Shown here in pieces: positions 41,394 to 54,423 of a DNA stretch of 64,000 nt. How positions within the stretch are numbered: the stretch's first letter is position 1; each line of letters starts with the position of its first letter. This stretch comes from Octopus sinensis (taxonomy: Eukaryota), in the NCBI RefSeq assembly GCF_006345805.1, contig NC_043001.1:57102001-57166000 (forward strand). The letters run 5' to 3'. The translations under genes and the position numbers were made by a program. Below the pieces are notes generated by a model, which ran no database searches, had not been told where the DNA came from, and worked only from the letters and a program-made list of their open reading frames with translations.

Positions 41394-42596
41394 TATCAGG
41401 TCATTAAGAATGAAGTGTCCAATTTTGAACTGATAGTTTATTTTACTTTATCTCAACAAAAAGCAATGCAGTTAATCAAAATATGCACCAAAATTATCAA
41501 CACAGTTTTGCCATTTTATCGGTAGCTTATTTATGCTGACAGCGAAGAATTCTGGAGAGCAAAAGGTGATGAAATCATGAATATCTGTCTTTGAAACTTC
41601 TTTAGATTTGAAGTTTTTTCTTGCAAAATGGTGTCTAATGCCTGGAAAATGCGATAGTCAGTTGGTGCAAAGACTGGTGAATATCGTGGATAATAGAGTA
41701 CTTCCGAGTTCAGTTCCTGTAACTTGAGCATTGTATTTTTGTGAAACATGTGATCGAGCATTGTCTTGCAAGAAAATAGCCCTGTCTCTGTTGATCAATC
41801 TTGGTTGTTTAAGTTCATTCATCATTTCCTCCACTTGGTTGATGCATACAACCGCTCTAATGGAGTTACTAGGTCTCATGAAGCTGTAGTGGATGATGCC
41901 AGCGCTGGACCACCAAAAAGATGCCATTAGCTTCTTTTGGTGAATATTCTATTTTGGATTGTGTTTTAGCACTTCCTCTCTAACCAATAACCGTGCAGAA
42001 CGCCTGCTATTGTTGAAAATACGATACAAAAATGGTTCACTGTTATGCTGTGACAGCAGAGAACAGCAAGTTTCAAGACAACTGATGCTCGTTCAGGTCG
42101 TGTAGCGCCCACTTGTCCAGCTTCTTTACCTTGCTGATTTGTTTCAGATGGTCTGATACAGTTGGATGCTGCTAACTCATGCGTAGCATGAATATATCTG
42201 CTTCTACTACAGTTTCCAGCTCCTTATTCACCTTGTTCCCAGGTCTTCCTCGAGGCTGATTTTCAAGAGTAAAGTCATCTGACCGGAACTTCTCAAACCA
42301 ACGACGTACAGCGCTCATTCGTCACATGTTCACCAAACACCTCATTGATGTTTCGAGATGTCTGGGATGCGTTCCACGTCGGAACTCATAGTCATAAACA
42401 ACACGATATTTTTATCTCTGTGTCCACAAAAGAAAACGCACAATATAATCAGACACCTTGAATTTCATTTCGAAAAGTGATGATGTAAATCTTCAATGTT
42501 GTAAAACAAAGAATTGTGAGGATAAATCTTTAGATTGAACGACTATCAAATTTTATGCATGAGAAAATTGGGCATTTCATTCTTAATGACTTGATA
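41394..42596 (-). mobile_element. Decayed mariner, Hsmar1/cecropia-like
   Basis: TIRs TATCAGGTCATTAAGAATGAAGTGTCCAATTTT / AAAATTGGGCATTTCATTCTTAATGACTTGATA. Minus-strand motifs ENQPRGRP, KKLDKWALHDL, FLQDNARSH and YPRYSPVFAPTDY. Confidence 0.9.
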
Positions 42597-42650
42597 CACA
42601 CACACACACACACACTCACATACACACACACACACACTCACATACACACG

Positions 42651-42700
<50 letters not shown>

Positions 42701-42794
42701 ATATATATGAGTAGTGTGTATTTAGGTTTGAGATGTATGTGTATGTACATACGTATGTGTGTGTATCTATCTACAATGTATCTATCTATATTCT

Positions 42795-42955
42795 ATAAAT
42801 TTACAGAAAAACAAAAGTTGAAGACAGGTGTATGAACAACAAGCGGGTGTATTAGACTGACACTTGGGAAAGTGGGAAACTGTTTTTCGTTTAGAACCTA
42901 CGCTCTTGAACAGAAAGGAATAAGATAAAATAAACAGAGAGAGAATAAAAAATAA
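42795..42955 (-). mobile_element. PLE pLTR-type short repeat
   Basis: Minus strand reads CCTTTCTGTTCAAGAGCGTAGGTTCTAAACG; same family as 23.2 and 30.2 kb. Confidence 0.6.
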
Positions 42956-43104
42956 TTCTGGTGCGTTGTAGTTCGCTTGAAGCGTTGTGATACTGAAGAA
43001 GGAAAAGAAAATGCAAAAGAAGAAAGTTTGTTGGCAATTCAGAAATTTTTACAAAAACCTTGATATTTCAGGCGCAAAGTCCCGTTCTGAGACGGAAGAT
43101 ATGC

Positions 43105-43145
<41 letters not shown>

Positions 43146-44407
43146 ATATATATTATATATATATATATATATATGTATATGTATACATATATATATATAT
43201 GTGTGTGTGTATATATATATATATATGTGTATATATATATATATATATACATGTGTGTGTATGTGCGTTTGTGTGTGCGAGAGAGCCCCCTGGTTATATA
43301 TTTTGGGTAATTATTTTATAGATACGAGAATAATTTAGCACTTTTAGCACTTCCTATATTTCAAATATATTTCGAATGACAGTTCTTTGTGCTTTCCGGA
43401 AAACCCTCGTTTACCCTATATTTTGGAGGTTAACTACACACTTTCAAATGACTCTATTTTTTGATCCTGAGACATTGTCCCTAAGACGCTGAAGTACTTT
43501 CGAATTTCTATAAGAATTAAGTTTAGTCAATGGTACAGAATATCGAGAATGGTGTATCAGACGAAGAAAAGTTTGCCTCTCTTTGCTCAGTATTCTGCCA
43601 AAATTTTCCTCTTTACATTAAACTACTCCTGTGCCATTGACTAAGCTTAATGTCAAAAAGATGAACATTAAGACAATCTAAATAGAGCATTTGAAATATA
43701 AAATTCACAAGCAAGGTGATTCCCATATATTTCAAAATCTAATTTCATCAGCTGATGAGAGTTGCAGATTTTGATAAGCTTCAAGTGAACTGTCTCATGA
43801 ATCAAGAGAATGTCATATTTATTAGTATCAGTGCGAGCATAATATTTGCTGACAAATATGGCGTTGAATCAATTTTGAAGGATCAGAAGTAGTCTGTTGT
43901 AATAAATTTACTCAGTCATAATTTCTGGGAGAGAAGTTCATGAAGTTAAACTTTTTCAAACACTTATACAAAATTGGATCTTTGTTTACAGTGGGTCAAT
44001 TTAAAAGATATTTTCTGAATATACCTCCCGATTAGCTGAACAAAGTAGTAGATTGGGCTCTGTTCCGGATACCAGTGGCGATAGTTAGCGCATTTGGAAG
44101 TGTAGGTGGAGTGGAAAAAATAGGAAGAACTGTGTCTTCATTGCGATAAAGCGACAAAGGATAACAAAGAAAAAAAAAAAGAAAAGAAAAAAAAAAACTT
44201 GTGTGAGAGAAAAACTTAAAGACAATCTGTTGAAACATGTTTTAGATCAATTTTAATTGACTTTATCCTAATATTTCACAGATATGTCTGAGTATTTTTA
44301 GAAACACACTAATACACGATTTTTGCAGAGGAAATTATCCGTTGATTTTAAGATCTCTGCACATACGCGATGCTCAAGCTCGTACAAAACTTTAGAATCG
44401 AAAAGAC

Positions 44408-44710
44408 GTGTTGTAACTAGCTTGCTTACCAACCACATGGTTCCGGGTTCAGTCCCACTGCGTGGCACCTTGGGCAGGTGTCTTCTAATATAGCCTAGAG
44501 CCGACCTGTTTGTATGTTTGTGTTTGTCCACCTAACATCGCTTGCCCGCCGATGTTGGTGTGTTTACGTCTCCGTAACTTAGGGCTTCGGCAAAAGAAAC
44601 CGATAGAATAAGTACTAAGCTTACAAAATATAGGTACTGGGGTCGATTTGCTCGACTAAAGGCGATGCTCCAGCATGGCCGCAGTCAAATCACTAAATCA
44701 AGTAAAAGTA
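44408..44710 (+). mobile_element. CORE-type tRNA SINE (OR2-like)
   Basis: GGTTCCGGGTTCAGTCCCACTGCGTGGCACCTTGGGCAGGTGTCTTCT...GCATGGCCGCAGTCAAAT. Confidence 0.8.
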
Positions 44711-44767
44711 TTACATTAATAGGCTAAAACAAAATAGTATCCGTCATTCATCTATTGTTTCCTTCTA

Positions 44768-45520
44768 GTTGGCAGAAACGTTAGCGCGCCGGGCGAAATG
44801 CTTAGCGGTATTTCGTCTGTCGTTACGTTCTGAGTTCAAATTTTGCCGAGGTCGACTTTGCCTTTCATCCTTTCGGGGTCGATAAATAAAGCACCAGTTT
44901 CGCACTGGGGTCGATGTAATCGACTTAATCCCTTTGTCTGTCCTTGTTTGTCCCCTCTGTGTCTAGCCCCTTGTGGGCACTAAAGAAATATATTTAATGA
45001 CTTTTTGCATACCCTATATTTTAAAATACATAAGTGATAAGGTTGAAAATCATATAATTCTGCTTGTTATTCCATTAGTAAGATAAACCGTGTGTTACGA
45101 TCTGCTAAACAGTTATCACTAAAATTATGTATTAGTATTAAGGCGGCGAGCTAGCAGAATCATTAGCGGTATGTCGTAATTCCTTACGGTCTGAGTTGTT
45201 GACTTTGCCTTTCATTCTTCCGGAGTCGATAAAATAAGTAACAGTTGAAGACTGGGGCCAATGCAATCGACTTACCGCCTCCCCAACAATTGCTAACCTT
45301 TTGCCAACATTTAAAACCATCATTAAGGTGGCGAGCAGGCAGAGTCGTTAGTAAGCCGGAGAAAATCCTTAGCGGTATTACGTCTCGTTTACGTTGTGGA
45401 TTTATATCTCGTTGAATAGACTTTACGTTTCACGCATTCGTGACAGAGAAAATAGTACCAGTTTAGTACATGGAAGAGATGTAATGAATAAAATACCGGT
45501 TTTGTGCCTATATTAGAAAT
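44768..45520 (+). mobile_element. Three consecutive tRNA-derived SINEs (OR1/OK-like)
   Basis: Heads at about 44768, 45141 and 45327 (GGCGAGCTAGCAGAATCATTAGC-type), each with a GTTCTGAGTTCAAA-like B box. Confidence 0.75.
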
Positions 45521-45557
45521 TATTATTATTATTATTTATTATTATTATTATTATTAT

Positions 45558-46068
45558 TGAGTGAGAGAGCAGTGCATGCCATCAAAGTGACACTGGGGTA
45601 AAATATACGAAGCCCAATATACCCATCATGACTACCCGTCTGATAAGGGTACACCAGGCACATGCATCACAACCATATGTGCGCGACATGGTGATCTCAT
45701 ATCAAGATAAACAGCACATGACCTTGCAGGTGGGGCCCAGTTAGAATTTTCTTCAGGTTGAGTAGTCCATCCTGCTCAAAAGGTCCCTGAATAAGGGTTG
45801 TTTAAGGATGTTGAAAGAACCACCCATGTTTCCAGAGGTGAATTATTCAAACCCCAAAGAATCCCTGTCAACACATGGCTATGATGCTCCCTCCCCCACT
45901 ACTTCTGCTCGTGATCAGAGATGCACATATCGTCAGCCACTAAGGGACATGCTCAAATGGTTAAGGTCAAACAACTGACAAGCAAATCTGTGGTATTGAG
46001 CAGAATATTTGCTGTAGCCCATCTTTTATACCAAGACAAAAAAAATTTACATGATAACACTTCCAATC
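45558..46068 (-). mobile_element. ~510-bp interspersed repeat with (AAT)n tail, copy 1 (SINE or LINE-3'-like)
   Basis: Aligns end to end with 46159-46657; the minus-strand 3' end runs into (AAT)n. Confidence 0.75.
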
Positions 46069-46129
<61 letters not shown>

Positions 46130-46158
46130 GTTGTTGTTGTTATTATTGTTGTTGTTGT

Positions 46159-46657
46159 TGAGTGAGAGAGCAGTGCATGTCATCAATGTGGCACTGGGAT
46201 AAAATATACGGAGCTCAGTATACCCATCATGACTACACGTCTGATAAGGGTACACTAGGCACATGCATCACAACTAAATGTGCGTGACATGATGATCTCA
46301 TATCAAGAATAACAGCTCGTGACCTTGCAGGTGGGGCCCAGTTAGAATTTTCTTCTGGTCGAGTAGCCCATCCCGATCAAAAGGTCACTGAATAAGAGTT
46401 GTTTAAGGATGTTGAGCGAAACACCCATGTTTCCAGAGGTGAACTATTCAAACCCCAAAGAATCCTTCTCAACACATGGCTATGATGCTCCCCCATTACT
46501 TCTGCTCGTGATCAGAGATATACATATCGTCAGCTGCTAAGGGACCTACTCAACTGGTTAAGGTCAAGAAACTGACAAGCAAATCTGTGGTATTGAGCAG
46601 AATATTTGCTGTAGCTCATCTTTTATACCAAGACAAAACAACGTACATGATAACACT
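46159..46657 (-). mobile_element. ~510-bp interspersed repeat, copy 2
   Basis: Diverged tandem sibling of 45558-46068, with an (AAC)n/(AAT)n tail. Confidence 0.75.
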
Positions 46658-46988
46658 GGCGCATGGCTCAGTGTTTAAAGCGTTGAGCTTACGATCTTGA
46701 GGTTGTGAGTTCGATTCCCGGACCGGGCTGCGTGTTGTGTTTTTGAGCAAGACACTTTATTTCACGTTGCTCCAGTTAACTCAGCTGTAGAAAGGAGTAG
46801 CGACGTCACTGGTACCAAGCTGTATCGGCCTTTGCCTTTCCCTTGGATAATATCGGTGGTGTGGAGAGGGGAGACTGATATGCATGGGCGAATGCTGGCC
46901 TTCCATAAATAACCTTGCCCAGACTTGTACCTCGAATGATAACTTTCTAGGTGCAATACCATGGTCATTCATGACTGAAGTGGGTCTC
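46658..46988 (+). mobile_element. tRNA-derived SINE with A and B boxes and (ATT)n tail
   Basis: GGCGCATGGCTCAGTGTTTAAAGC (A box) and GAGTTCGATTCCC (B box), a CORE-like TTGAGCAAGACACTT segment, ending in (ATT)n. Confidence 0.8.
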
Positions 46989-46998
46989 TATTATTATA

Positions 46999-47029
<31 letters not shown>

Positions 47030-48589
47030 TATTATTATTATTATTATCATCATCATCATCATCATCATTACTTGCAAGAATACCACCCTCTGGGTGGTTT
47101 TCTGCTGGTGTATGGTTCCATGCTAAGTGAAATATATATCGTTGATTAGAAACCACTACCTCCTGAAATACTACCAAATAAAAGAAAATCTGTAATAGCA
47201 TCTCTCTGATAGTGAATTAACCTTTTAAATTCCTCTAAAATAAATTACTTCATGTATTAGTTTAGGTTCAGTGGATCTACGCACATTAATGAGATGATCA
47301 CAACTTATTCCTGTTTATAGCAGTGAGGGTGAAAGAGGATACAGATAGATGAAATCAATAATGAAAATAGAACGATTAAGAATTCTCAAACAACATATAT
47401 CAGCACTTCTGACAGATTTGTCCTGCACACAACCGATTCTGAATTTACATTTGAAATACCGGTTTCTTTTTATAACATCTCGATTCGAATTACGGCATCA
47501 AAAAGAAGAACGCTGATTATTTTTTAAAAATGCTCAAAGCTATTTCATTTAATTCTGGACAGTATTACCCGTATAATTGCAACTTTAAAATATTCTCAAA
47601 TCCGAATCTATAACATCAATTAGACAGTATAAAAGCGACTACTTAGTGCGAATGATCGTTTTAGCGTTGGCGATATTGCGAAGTTAAATTGGTATGTGCA
47701 TGTATGTGTGTGTGTGTGTGTGTGTGTGAGTGTGTATGTGTGTGCTTGTGTGCATGCGTGCGTGCGTGTGTGTGTGTGTGTTCGTTTGTGTGCGTATAAA
47801 TTTCAGACATCACTTTCAATTTCCCGATCCTCAAACAACGAGAAATTGGACATCATTTCACTTAATATAATGGAGTAATTGAAAAAAAAAAATCCGCACC
47901 TCACAAAAAAGAATATAGAATAAAATAAAATAATATCAGTCCAAAGTGCACGCAGGTGTGTCAAAAAACAATAAATATATAAAATAATGTGATAATGAAT
48001 GAAATACATGAATATAACAGGATAAAATGTAATAAAGCATCAGAAAATTTATACAAACTAACAATTGGAAATAGACACAAGAATAAACTATAATAATGTT
48101 TTAACATTGCAGTTAAGTACCAATTCTATAGTGTTTTGATTTGTATAGAAAAATCCTTTATTTCAAGTGGCATTCATATGATAATACAATTTGCTTTGAG
48201 AGAATATTTTAAGTGTAGTTTTACGCGTGTAATGTATGCACTTTTCATCAGAGAGAACACCTCTTCTCTCTCTTTCATTTAGCTGTTCATTTGGATGTTT
48301 ATATAGTTTCGTTTTTATATTTGCTTTCATTTTTATCTTGTTTAGCAAGCAAACAAATCAACCATATATCAGGTTTGTGTGATTAGTGAATACCCAGATT
48401 AGACAGATAAGTATAAAAAAGATATATGGCAGACAAAACAATTCAGCACTATATCAAAACTATAAGTAAATTCACAAGAAAAGAACACACAGGCATACAT
48501 ATAAGCGCACACACATTTCATAACTGTATGTATATGCATATATACGTTGTATGTGTGTCCATGTGTATGTATATATATATATATACACT

Positions 48590-51500
48590 TAAAAAGATAA
48601 ACACCCTCTAGATTTTGGCTGTTGGAATGTGCGCACCCTTATTGATGACAAATTGTGGAAGAGGCCAGAAAGGTGTACTGCCCTTATTGCATGTGGGCTT
48701 TAAAAATATTCCCTTGATGTAGCTGAGAATCTTGTGTTGGGTTTACTCTCAAGAATTCATTAGTATCCTCCATTGCAAAATTTGGTATATCTGAACGAAC
48801 CATGTCATTCTGTATAAAACTGACAAAGGCTAGCTTTCTGTTGTCAGTATTTATGCACCAACAATGTCTCATTCTGATAAAATTTAGGATAATTTTATGA
48901 CGATCTAGCACGATTATTGAGGTAAGTGACATTTTCTGACAAACTGGTCATATTGGGAGATCTCAACGCAAGAATTGGACTACGTTTCATAGCCTGTTTT
49001 AGGCCGGAATGGGACAGGAAAATGTAATAAAAATGGAGTAGCTCTTTTGACGATTTGTACTGGGAATAATCTGTTTGTTACCAACACTCTATTGAAACAG
49101 AAAAAATAAATATAAAATTACCTGGATGCAACCAAGATCTAAGGATTGGCATCTCATAGATTATATTTTCATCAGAAAACGTGATATGACAGATGTTTTT
49201 AGTGTTCAAGTCATGAGGGGAGCAGAGAGCATCTACTGCATGGAGAAATAAAATTTTCGGTAATGCCTAAAAGTCGACAGTCTGGTCCTAAGGTACCCAA
49301 AAAGTTAAATGTTGCAAACTTCCAATTACCAAGCAACTTGCAAAGATTCCACGATGCTATAGAATGTATCCAAGTAGTCTATGGGAAGATTTCAAAACAG
49401 AAGTATTTCAGGCTGCAAGTTCGTCAGCGGGATTTAAATCGCGTAAGTTCAGTTCTCAGGCAAATCAGCAGACATTCATGATCTATTTTAAGAAAATCAA
49501 AACTTAGGCAATCAATACGCTTCTTTCTCATTCCTTGAACCCCAACTCAAACGACGTTTACAGAAAGCTGCAAGGGAAAGTGCAGACTATTAAGGAAAAT
49601 TAAACAGGAATAGTGGAATGATAGAGTAAAAGGGGCACAAGAAGCAGCTGATAGAAATGATACCAAGGGTTTGTACTCTTATGTTAAGGAGGTATATAGC
49701 CCCAAATCCTCTTCAATAGTTCCAGTGAGAACATCAGATGGACGTTCGATTCTGACTGATACCACTTCTAAATTATAAGCGCTGAGTAGAACATTTGTCT
49801 GCAATTTTGAATAGACCATCATCCGCTGACATGAGGATGATATGAAAAAATCGAACTCCTTCCAATTATAGAGGAGATGGCATTTGAACCAACTCTAAAT
49901 GACATTTATTTAGCTGTGAATAAGCTGAATGTCAAGTCTCCAGGGTGAGATGGAATCTGGGCAGAGGTCTTGAAATATGGGGTGAAAAAATGTTTGAACT
50001 CTAAATATATTAAATTGTCCTTGTTAGAGAACTGAGAAAGTGCCTCAAGAGTAGATTGATGCCATTTTAGTCTCCTTGTATAAATCGTGGACAAAGGATC
50101 TGTGCGGTATTTTTCGTGGAATTTCGTTTTTGTCTATGGTTGGAAAAGTACTTGCCCGCATTGTGTTAGAACATTTAAATACCTTCATAGTTCCAAATAT
50201 GGTGTTTGTGTCTCAATGTGGTTTTCGCTCCTCCAGGGACACAGTTGATTGTATCTTAACTATCAGGCAATTTCAGGAAACGTGCCTTGAACAGAATCTT
50301 GCCCTATACCATTGCTTTGTTGATTTGAGAAAAGCATTCTCTACTGTTAATCGAAATGCTCTACTGTTAATTCTAAGGAAAATAGGTTGCACAGAAAAAT
50401 TTGTAAACATGATCAGGGCTTTGCATCAATATATGAAATCTAGATTTAATTTTGGTGGTAGGGACTATGATTATTTTGCCGTGGAAAATGGAGTAAGGCA
50501 AGGAAAACTTGATGCACCCACCCTTTTTGCAATATATTTTGCTGTTGTGCGGTCACACAATTTTCAAGACTCCGAAGAGGGAATTTACATAAGATATCGA
50601 ACAATAGGGGATGTTTTTAATCTGACCAGACTGAAACTCAAAACTAAGCTTTTTACTTCACTCATTAGGGAACTTTGTATGCTGACGATTGCGATCTTGT
50701 CAGGCATTCTGAAACAGGTCTGCAATCTCTTTTATCTGCATTTGAGTCAGCTTGTGATAATTGGCATTACCATCAACCTGAAAAAAACAAAACAAAAACA
50801 GTTGTAATGTATCAACCTGCATGTGGGGCTGTTTGTAACCCCACTGACATTTTTGTTAATGGTACGTTACTTGAGGTTGTTGATTCACCTACTTCGGAAG
50901 CTCTGTACAAAATGATGAATATCTGAACACAAAGATGCATCTGCAAGATCAAAGGGCAGCACAAGCTTTTGGTGGTTTGCAGTCACGCGTTTGGCGCCAA
51001 CAACATATAAATAGCAACACAGAATTGGCTCTTTACGAATCATTTGTCTTACCATATCTGTTGTATTCTGTTGAATGATGGACATGTTATGAAAGACATT
51101 TCAAATTGTTAGAACAATTCCACCAGAAATGCCTTCATCGCATTTTAAACGTTAAATGGAGTTCTTTTATTCCGATGACCTTGCGTCAGCAGGCATCACT
51201 TCAATTAAAACAATGATTCTAAAAAACCAAATGAGTTGGTGTGGCCATATTGCTCGAATGGCGGATGAACGCACATCCAAAAAGCTGTTATATGGTGAGC
51301 TTGCAGAGGGGAAACACTATCAGTGTAAACCTAAAAAGAGTTTTAAGGACGGCATATAGACTACCATGAAATCCCTTAGAATGGATCCTTTGCTTTGGAT
51401 CGAGTTGGAGTGAAAAACGTGTGAAGTGATAGCGTTTGAAGAGGCGAGGATAAAACATACATTACTCAGAAGAGATTTAAAGAAGAATGTTACCATCCAG

Positions 51501-51870
51501 AAAGTAAATCACAATGACATGTTTGTGTGCAGATTGTGACAGACCATGCCTTTCTTTTTCTAGGTTCAAATATAATTTACGGACCCATGAAAAACAAACC
51601 TCCACCAACTATTCTGCTTAATTGTCTGTGCACGCATTTCAATGCCATGCATGCCATAAGGTCTGTAAATCTAACGGAGACCTCAAAAGTCATATCCTGA
51701 TCCACAAAGATCAGAATTTAACAGCAGATCTTAGTGGGGAAGATCGGATATGCTAACTATGTGGGTGTCTTCAAAATATTGTCTACTTTAAAAGCAACAT
51801 CAGACGCCATGATGGATCTAATGTGTAGGTATGGGAGGTGGTCAGATTCTGCATAAGGTGTAGACAACCA
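48590..51870 (+). mobile_element. Decayed near-full-length RTE-clade LINE
   Basis: N-terminal FGCWNVRTLID...RPERCTALIA, then NKNGVALL, WMQPRSKDWHLIDY, RGISFLSMVGKVLARI, QCGFRSSRDTVDCI, CFVDLRKAFSTVNR, GVRQG and MYADD, with C-terminal C2H2-like CHKVCKSNGDLKSHILIH. Multiple stops and frameshifts. Confidence 0.9.
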
Positions 51871-51875
51871 CCATT

Positions 51876-51918
<43 letters not shown>

Positions 51919-52123
51919 TCGCGTGCGCGTATATGTGTGTGTATGTCTCTATATATACACACACATAAAAATTCATGAATATTTGTCCATAAATATATGC
52001 ATATCTAGAAATAGTCAATCTCCACCGGCAATAGATATGACAGAAAAGCACATACTGTTCATTATGTAAATATAATAGGCGAAATCTTTCTGACTCCATG
52101 ATACAAAATTTAATGAAAGTGTG

Positions 52124-52193
<70 letters not shown>

Positions 52194-52420
52194 GTCTGTC
52201 TGTCTGTCTGTCTAAATGCATCTGCGGGTTATACATATATGTCTATACACAGAATTATGCGAGCATATATATGTATATATATATGTTTCAGTATGTGTGC
52301 GTGTGTGTGTAAACGCAAGCGTGTATATGCAAATATAGATACATGCATATATACATATATATATACGTATATTTTATATATATACATATATATTATATAT
52401 ATAAATATACATATACACAA

Positions 52421-52770
52421 ATGTGTGGTAATTAGCTTGCCTACCAAACACATGGTTTCCGGGTTCTGTCCCTCGGGCCGACCCAAGCCTTGTGAGTAGA
52501 TTTGGTAGAAGCCCGTCGTATATATGTATATGTATATATATGTGTGTGTTCGTGTGCCTGTGTTTATCCCGCCAATATCGCTTGACAACCGATGCTGGTG
52601 TGTTTACTTCCCCGTAAGTTAGCGGTTCGGCAAAAGAAAACGATAGAATAAATACTAGACTTACAAAGAATAAGTCCTGGCCTCGATTTGCTCGACTAAA
52701 GGCGGTACTCCAACATGGCCGCAGTCAAATGACTGAAACAATTAAACCAGTAAAAGAGTAAAAGAGTAAA
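52421..52770 (+). mobile_element. CORE-type tRNA SINE (OR2-like)
   Basis: Same family body and GTCAAATGACTGAAAC...GTAAAAGAGTAAAAGAG tail. Confidence 0.8.
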
Positions 52771-52821
52771 AGGGATATGTATTATATATATATATTAAAA
52801 AGAATTAATTATATATATATA

Positions 52822-53205
52822 CTAGCAGTATCGCCCGGCGTTGATCGGGTTTGTAAGGGAAATAACTATAAAGCATTTTTAGAGAGTTATAGCCAAAAAA
52901 TAGCAAAAAAATGGGAAAAAAAATGATGGTAAATTTTTTTTTTTGATAGTTAAAAAGGTCGAGTTGCGTCCCCTAGAATATCTGTGGTTTGTGTTTCTGA
53001 TTGTCGACCCCATGTCGAATTTATCGATCTTTTTCAGAACTGGGGGAACTTTTCAAAATTTTCGCTGCGTTAGTTTTGAATTATGACATTGGGCTATGTG
53101 TGTGTCAAGTTTCATCAGAATCGGTTGAAAGCCGTGGTCAGAGTGAGGGTACAACCAAACAAACACACAGAAACACACACAGACAAACTGCCGCTTTTAT
53201 ATAGA
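52822..53205 (-). mobile_element. Non-autonomous Helitron-type element
   Basis: The minus strand starts TCTATATAAAAG, ends in a subterminal hairpin CCCGATCAACGCCGGG followed by CTAG, and sits between A and T. Confidence 0.7.
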
Positions 53206-54388
53206 TATATATATATATATGTGTGTGTGTGTAAATATATATGCATGTATATGTACATATACATACATGTACATACACATACATACACATATACAGACAC
53301 ACGTATTTATATCTGAGCGCGAGTGTGTGTGTATAATTGCGTATGTATGAGTTGCGATTTATAATATGTTAAATGAGATAAGGTCTTTCTTCATGAAATT
53401 AGCTCCCACCGTTTTCTATAATTTCCAAGATATTTTGCCTGTAACACCATCGATCTACCTACAAATATACGTCTTATATCAATACTGAGAACATCTTTTG
53501 TACCTTATACTGGACTGCAATGATTTACACCCCATCTTTCAAAAGTTTTTATATTCCGGACTCCTCCTGTCTTCGTACTATGAATATTCCTTTATGCATA
53601 TTTACTTTTCTTTTATATACTGATTTGATATCTGTTAACTCCCAGGTTATGTTTTGGCTTTTCTCTCCTTTTCCTTCTCTTTCCCACTCTCCCTTTCCTT
53701 TCTCTTTCCCTTTCTTATTCTCTCTCCCTCTCTAAGTGCATCTGTTTCGCACGAGATGATGCATTGTTACGAGTAAAAGGAAGATAATATTTGCAAACTT
53801 GTCATAATATGTTACCGGTTTCAGTTGTTAATAATTATTTAATAATGCAAAACGAAAAGGAGAAAACTTAAAATTTAATTCAAAGAAATTTTCATGGGAG
53901 CTGCTTTGAAATTTCACATGGTATTCTTACAAAATGCACATGCTGGTGGTTGTTTCTTTCCCCCGTGAAGCTGCTTGGTTACTATAGTGGTAATAACACT
54001 TTTAGCTGTGGCACTGATCAATTGTTCCTTTTTGTTGATGCTGTGGTAGTGGTCTACTGTTCCTTACTGGGAATTTGATATTAACCGCTGGTTCGTAAAT
54101 ATGGTCCAGACGTCACTTGTGGTAGTAAGAATGCCATTATTTGCAGCATCAGAAACTCTGTCTCCCTTATTATCAAAAGTAGTAGCAGCAGTAGTACTTT
54201 AAGTAGTTTTTGTAGTAGTAGTAGCGGTGGATATGGCAAAAGATGTAGGTGTTGCGGGAGTATTTAATTACTCTCCTTCAATAGCAGGAATGGGAGAAGT
54301 AACTTTAGTGACAGTAGTAACATCCGAAGAACCAGTGGCAGCAGTAGTAGCAGCAGCAGTAGCATCAACAACAGCAGCAGTTGTAGGG

Positions 54389-54423
<35 letters not shown>

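Noticed and set aside
43745-43758. Palindrome TCATCAGCTGATGA giving CTGATGA on both strands
   Set aside because: No convincing stem II, GAAA, stem III and cleavage triplet on either strand
48400-48600. HDV-like ribozyme expected at some RTE 5' ends
   Set aside because: Upstream sequence is TA/TG microsatellite, and no nested double pseudoknot is visible
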